A stretch of 44,509 nucleotides of DNA from Candidatus Asgardarchaeum abyssi (lineage in GTDB: Archaea > Asgardarchaeota > Asgardarchaeia > Asgardarchaeales > Asgardarchaeaceae). The notes under the pieces are model-generated. The model was not told the origin of the DNA and searched no databases. It was given only the letters and a program-made list of their open reading frames with translations. The position numbers and the translations under genes were made by a program. Positions 37,883-44,509 of the stretch are shown here, piece by piece (within the stretch, counting starts at the first letter, position 1; every line of letters begins with the position of its first letter). The stretch lies in the NCBI GenBank assembly GCA_040225955.1, contig JBECUL010000014.1, positions 1 to 44,509 of the forward strand, in the 5' to 3' direction.

Positions 37883-38887
37883 ATGAGTGTTATTGATTCT
37901 GCAAAAAATGCATTACTTGCAGTGCTTGAAGCTGAGCCGGGAGAGAAAATCTTAATTATAGCAGATCAAGAAAAAGAAGAAGTTGCAAATGCCTTTTCTA
38001 ATGCAGCACTAGAAATTGGATTATGGGTAAGGCGAATTATCTTGGAGAAACCAAAAGAGTATAGAAAAGAGGTACCTGTGTATCTTAAGGAAATTGTTTT
38101 ATCAAGTAACGTAGATATTTTCATGAATCTACTGCGTGGTGTAGCCGAAGAGGTATCATTTAGAATACGGTTAATTAAGCTTGAAACAAGACGAAAACTT
38201 AGGCTTGCTCATTGTCCTGGAGTCACAATTGATATGTTAAAGGATGGTGCATTGTCTCTAACAATAGATGAATATAGAAAAATGCAGGATTTAGCTCAGC
38301 GATTACTTTTAGCTCTTTCCGACGTTGAAAAGGTTATCGTTAGAAATCCACATGGTACAGATGTGGAATTTTCTGTAAAGGGAAGAACCTTCTTTACGGA
38401 CGTTAAATTTGACTGGAAGACAATGAAATGGATAAATATACCAGTAGGTGAAGTCATAGTGGCCCCTGTTGAAAATGGTATGAATGGAGTAATTGTAGCG
38501 GATCTAGCAGCAGGTGGAATTGGTAAACTAAAAAGCCCAATTAAATTCATTGTTGAGGAAGGAAGTATTAGAAGCATAGAATGTGAAGATCGAGAGGTTA
38601 AGAATCGAGTAACTAATCTTCTTCTAAATACTGATAGTATGTCCAAAACAATAGGCGAGTTTGCAATCGGGTTGAATAAAAAAGCAAGGATAACTGATGA
38701 ATTTTTAGAAGCTGAGAAAGTAGACAAAACCGTACATTTTGCATTTGGGAATAATGAAGACTTCCCTGGAGGTAAAAACACATCGCGAATTCATATAGAT
38801 TTTCTATTAAGCAAGCCCGATGTTACAATTATATACGAAGATGGTAGAGAAAAAGATATCATGAGGAATGGGCAGTTATTACTTTAA
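37883..38887 (+). CDS. Aminopeptidase, M29 (thermophilic metalloprotease) family
   Basis: GTD..F, NIPVGEV, GEFAIGLN, EAEK…TVHFAFG and HIDF. Confidence 0.9.
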   Translation: MSVIDSAKNALLAVLEAEPGEKILIIADQEKEEVANAFSNAALEIGLWVRRIILEKPKEYRKEVPVYLKEIVLSSNVDIFMNLLRGVAEEVSFRIRLIKLETRRKLRLAHCPGVTIDMLKDGALSLTIDEYRKMQDLAQRLLLALSDVEKVIVRNPHGTDVEFSVKGRTFFTDVKFDWKTMKWINIPVGEVIVAPVENGMNGVIVADLAAGGIGKLKSPIKFIVEEGSIRSIECEDREVKNRVTNLLLNTDSMSKTIGEFAIGLNKKARITDEFLEAEKVDKTVHFAFGNNEDFPGGKNTSRIHIDFLLSKPDVTIIYEDGREKDIMRNGQLLL

Positions 38888-38911
38888 TACAATTAATTGT
38901 TATAACATCAC

Positions 38912-39892
38912 TCACTCTATTATGGAAAATAAGCTTTTCAAACTTGAAATCTCACCCCAAACAATTAGCACATCCCCCTCTTTAAAAGATTTAGTATCTC
39001 TTAATAATTTATTTTCCCTAATAATTGCAAGAATATTTAGACTCGTTTTTTCTTCAAATGTTTCTGGTGTCATGGTAATGATCGGACTATTTTTATTGAT
39101 TCTTAATGGGATGGGTGGTGGTATTTCCGTTGCAATGTCATGATAACAACCAACAATATATTTCGCAACAGATAGTGCAGTCGTACTCAGTACCTCGTCG
39201 GCAAATTTGCTTTTTAGAAGAAGATTAGCAATTTCATCCCAGTATACTCTTGCAATAACTTTAACATTTGGATTAATTTCCTTAGCTCGTTCTGCAATTA
39301 TAGGATTGATGGTGTCATTATTGATAGATATAATAACAGCTCTAGCGTTCTCAATACCAGCAGACTTAAGAATATTTCTTGATGTGGCATCTCCAAAAAT
39401 TACTGGTATATCATCTGCTATCAATTCATTTACCACATCACTATCCTTTACATCAGATAGTGTAACTAAGACAAATGGTATCTCAAGTTCCCTAAGAACC
39501 TTTACAATACGTTTACCTAAATGTCCAAGGCCAATAACAATTATATGATTTCTCATCCTTTGAGCCTTCAATACAGCCTTCTCCTCATAAGTCAAGGTTC
39601 GCACCTCTACAAATGCCATAATCGGTGATGTTTGAATTAAAAACATTATTATCTGAGCTATGGTCTCTGCGATATTAGTGGGATTATAATTTAAAGTCAG
39701 AAAGAGGGTAAATTTCTCTGGCGTTAAGTCAATATTCCCTAAAATCGCAACAATAAAAAACAAAAACAACAAGATCAAAAAGTAGCTTAAAGCAAATTTT
39801 AGAAGCTTGATATAATAAATTAGCTGCAGAAGGATAATTAATAAGTTATCTCTTATTCGCTTAGCTATTTTCGACAATTGACACCATCTCAT
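38912..39892 (-). CDS. TrkA/RCK (NAD-binding) domain membrane protein, K+-channel-like architecture
   Basis: N-terminal TM helices, HIIVIGLGHLG, IFGDAT..IL..AGIENA.AVI, NP.VKVIAR and a TrkA-C-like tail. Start may be ~39874. Confidence 0.8.
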   Translation of the reverse strand: MRWCQLSKIAKRIRDNLLIILLQLIYYIKLLKFALSYFLILLFLFFIVAILGNIDLTPEKFTLFLTLNYNPTNIAETIAQIIMFLIQTSPIMAFVEVRTLTYEEKAVLKAQRMRNHIIVIGLGHLGKRIVKVLRELEIPFVLVTLSDVKDSDVVNELIADDIPVIFGDATSRNILKSAGIENARAVIISINNDTINPIIAERAKEINPNVKVIARVYWDEIANLLLKSKFADEVLSTTALSVAKYIVGCYHDIATEIPPPIPLRINKNSPIITMTPETFEEKTSLNILAIIRENKLLRDTKSFKEGDVLIVWGEISSLKSLFSIIE

Positions 39893-40100
39893 TACGCTAT
39901 GAGATTCAAGTATTGTCTATTTCTTCTTGATAACAATTTGTATTTTAAATTTATAATTCTTATAGCCATGATACCACAAAACTTTTTAGTTTTGCAATCT
40001 TTAAGTTTAAATTGGCAAAAGGAACTTGTAAAAAACAATTTAGCAATACGTTCAATAATAACAATTTTGATATTGCATAGTAGCAAATGTTGGTGGAAAA

Positions 40101-40916
40101 ATGTCTAGTAAAAAAGGTAGTATATTGATGATTATAGGGCGTTTACTGTTATTAGTTGCTGTATTCTTCTCAATAGCAGTAATAATTCTTACAGGAATAG
40201 GGTTATTTCTTATAATTATGCTAAGTATTTTTCTTGGGGTTATAGTGTGGAACATCGTTGGAAGCAAATCAATAGTCCTGCTAGATAAATTGCTTATAGC
40301 ACCTACAAAAAAGGTTTATGGAAAAAACCTTTTCTTACTTCATTCAGAAAAGCCGCCGATGGGTTCAATTTTGGATCGACTATTTGCCGCAGTTGACGAC
40401 TCGATACTACCAACTCTCTTTCTCTTCGGGATATTCAACTATGTTCTCGGAGCTTTAGGAACTTTAAATGCCCCTATTTTTAACTATTTAGCTGTATTCT
40501 CAGCACCAATTCTAGGACTCATAATTCCAATTCTTAAGGTCATGCTGGACTCAGACTTGGTAAGATTTTACCCAGATAAGCGTCTACTAGAACCAGTTGG
40601 TCGTATGTATTTACTCTATTTACGTAGCATAGCTGGTTACACTGCAGTTGCATCTTTTTTAATTACAATAATTCAAGTAGCGGGAGATATTACTCAAGCA
40701 TTAATTACAATGGCGGCCGTGTTTGCACTGGCGTATATACAGATATTCTTCACAGTTTTCGTATATAATTTCTTTCATGGAAAGTATGTTGAAAAACTGA
40801 ATGAGAAACTAAGAAACGAAATGGAGTACCTAGAAATTCGATATCGTGAGCTTCCCATGGGCATATTCGGGCATGTTATTAAGGTTGCTGAAGAGGAAAA
40901 ACCTATGTCAGAGTAA
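40101..40916 (+). CDS. Hypothetical multi-pass membrane protein
   Basis: 271-aa ORF with about 6 hydrophobic segments and a GGTGG RBS. Confidence 0.75.
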   Translation: MSSKKGSILMIIGRLLLLVAVFFSIAVIILTGIGLFLIIMLSIFLGVIVWNIVGSKSIVLLDKLLIAPTKKVYGKNLFLLHSEKPPMGSILDRLFAAVDDSILPTLFLFGIFNYVLGALGTLNAPIFNYLAVFSAPILGLIIPILKVMLDSDLVRFYPDKRLLEPVGRMYLLYLRSIAGYTAVASFLITIIQVAGDITQALITMAAVFALAYIQIFFTVFVYNFFHGKYVEKLNEKLRNEMEYLEIRYRELPMGIFGHVIKVAEEEKPMSE

Positions 40917-41069
40917 CGATATCCTTTTGGAAGATAGACAAGTTCGGCTTAAGGTAATCCTAGAAATAGCTACATTCTTTTTTATTTTGTTTTCATTTAT
41001 TTTCATATAAGATATTTTTATAAGACTGCTAAACCATATAGTAAATAGTTTTTCTTAAGAATTTTTAGG

Positions 41070-44000
41070 ATGATGAGAAAATTGTGGTTTAGAAGGCTTT
41101 TGTCGCTGATTTTAATTATAATTTTAGTATCAAGTCCTCTGTACTCGCTATTTTTACCTTATAGATCAGATTGGGTTATGGAAACTAAAAGTGCAAATAC
41201 ATCTCCAAATCAAAATGCTTTGTCTCTTAATGTATATTCCCAACAGAAAAAAAATATATTTCATAGCAGTCTTGTTTCGCTTCAAAAAACATATGATACT
41301 AACGGAAATAAAATTTCTGATAAATTAGAGAAGGCACTTCTAAATATTTCTAATGATGATAAACTAAGAGTTGGAATTATTTGTTTTTCGAAAGAGGATG
41401 CTAAAGACGTTCTAAATACACTCAAAGAAACGAATATTCCAATTATTGGTTTTTGGGAAAGTATATCCACAATACATATAATCACTACTAAGGCTCAACT
41501 TTCACAATTATTATCCGTAGAATTCAGGAAAATAGCTCTTATATACCCTGCTTGGTATCACGCTAAACCGCTTAATAATATTGCAAATAGACTAACACAT
41601 GTTAGGCCTTTTATCTGGAACACTTATGGGTATATGGGGGATCCTAATTCTGCTATTGCAATAGTCGATAGTGGTGTTGATGATACTCACTCAATGTTGA
41701 GTATTTATTCGGATAAAGACTTCTCTAATCCAAATGTAAAAATTGTTGGATGGTATGACCCCACAGGAACTAGCTTAACACCCTATGATAATGATGGACA
41801 CGGTACTCATGTTGCAAGTATTGCTGCTGGTAATTTTTATGATGGTGATCCTGATGATGATAACCTTACAGAAATAACAGTTGATATAACTTATGTGGAT
41901 GTGGAAAATGATGGAAATGAATATTCATACATAATAGGTTTTTATTTAAACACAACAGGGCTGATTAACGCTACAGTAATCTGGACATCTGATAATCCGT
42001 CAACAGCTTATGTATCAAGTTTGGCTTTAGTAGATCCTAGTGCATCAAGAAAAGCTGAAGATCTAACAGATCCCTTCAATGTAACTTACAATTTAACAAC
42101 AAATAACTTTGGAATATGGCGTGTGATTGTTGGAGTTAGAAATTCAAGTTCAACAGCAAACTCGCTTAAAATGCAAGTAATTCTTGAGGTGCCAGTAGTG
42201 AATTCAAGCGATGGCTACATAGAATACTCTGGTGTAGCTCCAAATGCAAAAATAGTTGCTGTGGCCGCACTAGCTGATGGCTCAACAGCAGACATTCTAG
42301 ATTCACTAAATTGGATATATAATCATGCTGAGGAATATCACATTTTAGTTGTGTCAAACAGCTGGACCATCGTTGATGATTATGGTAATCCAACAACAGA
42401 CCCGGGAATAGAACTTGCTATAAGAAACTTAATTAAGAAAGGTTTAGTTGTAGTAGCTGCTGCAGGAAATTGGGGTAATACCCTATTATCTAATCAAATG
42501 GGCACACCTGCAAATATTGAAGAGGCCATCACAGTTGCTGCAGCAGACAATCTATTAAATATTGCATATTATTCAAGTAATGGACCTGCTGGTGACTGTG
42601 ATGTTATTAAACCTGATATAGCAGCCCCTGGCGGAGACTTTAGTTATGGTGCAATTATTGGTGCTGATACGAACGATTATGAGGAATACGGGTACGAGAT
42701 ATTAAACTCACTGTCTATGCTTCAAGGGACCTCAATGGCAACTCCTCATGTAGCAGGAATTGCAGCTTTACTGGCTCAAGCACTAGGTGGTTATAATAAC
42801 TGGGATTATGACCCTCCAAATAAAGTTAAATCTAAAGCTTTTAAGATAAAGCAAGTTCTGCTAATGACATCTTGGGAAATAAGCACAAGAAATGGTTGGA
42901 AGGATTATAAAGAAGGATTTGGCTTAGTACAAGCCGATGCAGCAATAGAAGCCTTAACAAAAACTTGGGACCTTAACTATGTCGCTAGTGATTATCTTTA
43001 TGGCAAGGACCATCCATTTAAAAAACATGTATGGGCTAGAGGTGTTGATCTATTAGCTGGAGGAAATTATACATTTTACCTTCACGTTCCTGATACTGGG
43101 GATTTCGACTTATACGTTTATGATCCGGATCCCAACGAATATGGTGAACCGGTTCTGGTAGCTTATTCTAATCAAACACAATACGGGGGAACTGAGATTG
43201 TAAACTTTCAACCAACAAAGGACGGAAGGTATTATGTGATTGTAAAACAAGCTGAGGGATATGGTGAGTTTCAATTATCCTCATTCTACCTATCACCTAT
43301 CTACGTTAATATCTTGTCTCCATCTAATAATACATTGACAAATAAAGAAAATATCACAATAAAGTGGGATGTTGAGACAGAGTATACGATAGATCATTTC
43401 GAAATAAAACTAAACGAAACTCTTATACTCTCTAATATTCCAGCAGAGAATCTTAATTCAACCGTTACTCTGCCCATAGAAGGGTTCTGGAAAATAATGG
43501 TAACAGCTGTTGCAACAAATGGTGCTAAAGGATCAAATTATACATTTGTAATGTTGGATACTACTCCGCCCGAGATAAATATCTCAGTGATACACCCTCA
43601 AACAATCGTTGTGTTTAACGTGATGGCGGAAGAAATTATAGTGCCAGAAGGTTCACAAATAGTCATTTCTCTCATGGACAATTTCTATCTAAAGAATGCA
43701 ACATATTCAATAGATAATACTATTAATGAAACGTATGAAATTTCATCAAAATCTTATGAAATTACAATCTCCTCATCCGTGATCCAAGAACTCTCAACAG
43801 GTAATCATACTCTATACGTAATAGCGTTTGATGCAGCAGATAATTTTAATGAAACAATATTCATTATCGAGATTGTGTCCTCATATCCAACGGCTCCAGA
43901 GATGCCTCCATATAAGTATGTTGTCCTTCCATTTGTCTTAATAGGACTATTTTTCGTCGCAATAGTTTACTTTATCTCAACACTTCCTGCTCCAGCAAAT

Positions 44001-44078
44001 ACAATAACAACGGTAATCATTTTGGTATCTACGATGATAGCAGTTATACTTAGAAAAAGAAAAGCTAAAAAGCATTAA
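41070..44078 (+). CDS. Cell-surface S8 (subtilisin-like) serine protease with PPC and Ig-like domains
   Basis: Signal peptide and propeptide, IVDSG, HGTHVA, AAGN, KPDIAAPG, GTSMATPHVAG; ~130-aa insertion after the His motif; DFDLYVYDP (PPC), DTTPPEI and C-terminal TM helices with a basic tail. Confidence 0.95.
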   Translation: MMRKLWFRRLLSLILIIILVSSPLYSLFLPYRSDWVMETKSANTSPNQNALSLNVYSQQKKNIFHSSLVSLQKTYDTNGNKISDKLEKALLNISNDDKLRVGIICFSKEDAKDVLNTLKETNIPIIGFWESISTIHIITTKAQLSQLLSVEFRKIALIYPAWYHAKPLNNIANRLTHVRPFIWNTYGYMGDPNSAIAIVDSGVDDTHSMLSIYSDKDFSNPNVKIVGWYDPTGTSLTPYDNDGHGTHVASIAAGNFYDGDPDDDNLTEITVDITYVDVENDGNEYSYIIGFYLNTTGLINATVIWTSDNPSTAYVSSLALVDPSASRKAEDLTDPFNVTYNLTTNNFGIWRVIVGVRNSSSTANSLKMQVILEVPVVNSSDGYIEYSGVAPNAKIVAVAALADGSTADILDSLNWIYNHAEEYHILVVSNSWTIVDDYGNPTTDPGIELAIRNLIKKGLVVVAAAGNWGNTLLSNQMGTPANIEEAITVAAADNLLNIAYYSSNGPAGDCDVIKPDIAAPGGDFSYGAIIGADTNDYEEYGYEILNSLSMLQGTSMATPHVAGIAALLAQALGGYNNWDYDPPNKVKSKAFKIKQVLLMTSWEISTRNGWKDYKEGFGLVQADAAIEALTKTWDLNYVASDYLYGKDHPFKKHVWARGVDLLAGGNYTFYLHVPDTGDFDLYVYDPDPNEYGEPVLVAYSNQTQYGGTEIVNFQPTKDGRYYVIVKQAEGYGEFQLSSFYLSPIYVNILSPSNNTLTNKENITIKWDVETEYTIDHFEIKLNETLILSNIPAENLNSTVTLPIEGFWKIMVTAVATNGAKGSNYTFVMLDTTPPEINISVIHPQTIVVFNVMAEEIIVPEGSQIVISLMDNFYLKNATYSIDNTINETYEISSKSYEITISSSVIQELSTGNHTLYVIAFDAADNFNETIFIIEIVSSYPTAPEMPPYKYVVLPFVLIGLFFVAIVYFISTLPAPANTITTVIILVSTMIAVILRKRKAKKH

Positions 44079-44123
44079 AATAAATAACATTATTCATTTT
44101 TATTTAAATTCTAAATTCACTAA

Positions 44124-44325
44124 GGTTAGGGGTTCAGTGGATGTCCACATTGGTGGGTGAACATCCACCCTGGGCCACATCAGCCTCAGCTCCCTCTGGG
44201 TTCATAGGGAACAAGTCATCGGTCTCGACCCCGTTCAGGGTAACCCCACAAGCCCCACATCGCAGCGTCCTTTCACATTGCGGTGTCCTTTCGGTGCTTT
44301 ACTCCCACCACATTCGGACACTATC
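44124..44325 (-). ncRNA. Structured RNA with kink-turn, TnpB omega-RNA (IS200/IS605/IS607 right-end)-like, ORF-less
   Basis: GC-rich island in AT-rich DNA. Stems at 44321-44316/44288-44283 and 44168-44157/44148-44137, a K-turn CC-GAU-GA…UGA-GG (44222-44184), an embedded MWGLWGYPERG frame like archaeal TnpB tails, and an upstream TTAAATAT box. Confidence 0.55.
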
Positions 44326-44356
44326 TCAATACTCACAAATGCTCATAAAATATTTA

Positions 44357-44509
44357 ACTGTTTCGGAAGGCGGTTGGTAACATCAGAGAATGGGTGATGC
44401 GCCAAATACATGATTCGCCACCTCCTCGCTCCTTATATTGTTGCCAACGGTCCCTAAGACGTAGCTCAGCATCATTACAAATACATAATCCACACTCTTC
44501 AACCCGTGC
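44357..44509 (-). mobile_element. End of a second IS with probable transposase C-terminus, cut by the window edge
   Basis: Minus-strand frame HGLKSVDYVFVMMLSYVL…SPIL* (44508-44383) resembles DDE transposase tails. The end motif 44376-44398 is 21/23 identical to the outer MITE arm 2566-2588. Confidence 0.55.

Noticed and set aside
486-42396. Many short antisense or overlapping ORFs in the track (e.g. 810..1142, 5284..5640, 17725..18228, 21086..21328, 35605..36162, 38296..38781, 39878..40108)
   Set aside because: They are shadow frames of well-supported genes or AT-rich intergenic noise, with no motifs.
44124-44325. SRP RNA, RNase P RNA or tRNA identity for the GC-rich island
   Set aside because: I found no SRP helix-8 CAGG…GGAA…AGCA motif, no RNase P P4 GAGGAA..UCC motif and no cloverleaf/TTCRA pattern. 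It is also too short for archaeal SRP RNA.
44141-44380. 79-aa plus-strand ORF
   Set aside because: It is antisense to the structured GC-rich element, has no RBS or motif, and its composition is atypical.

Overview
AT-rich (roughly one-third GC by eye) archaeal DNA, probably a whole contig that breaks at IS elements on both ends. The gene content fits an anaerobic, probably thermophilic peptide/amino-acid fermenter: GDH, S8/M19/M29 peptidases, YhfC and CPBP intramembrane proteases, a WOR5-type tungsten oxidoreductase, archaeal RPA and PaREP1. The most unusual locus is a tightly coupled six-gene operon (2678-10847) encoding a tandem HdrA-HdrA'-MvhD fusion, HdrC, HdrB, an FrhB/F420-binding-family subunit, GltB3 and ferredoxin-GltB2. 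It lacks the glutamine amidotransferase (GltB1) gene and sits downstream of gdhA. It is a candidate electron-bifurcating glutamate/F420:heterodisulfide oxidoreductase, and it is bracketed by inverted IS right ends. Non-coding highlights: (1) a family of CAGTACTTCCGCACTA-ended MITEs with 5-bp target duplications, one nested inside a second MITE whose end seems to form the hdr promoter; (2) an ORF-less, ~200-nt, highly structured K-turn RNA resembling a TnpB omega-RNA at 44124-44325. Pseudogenes include an IS110 remnant, a dppB-type permease and a chelatase AAA+/vWA gene. No rRNA, tRNA or CRISPR array was seen. All family calls come from motif recognition by eye, not from database searches.
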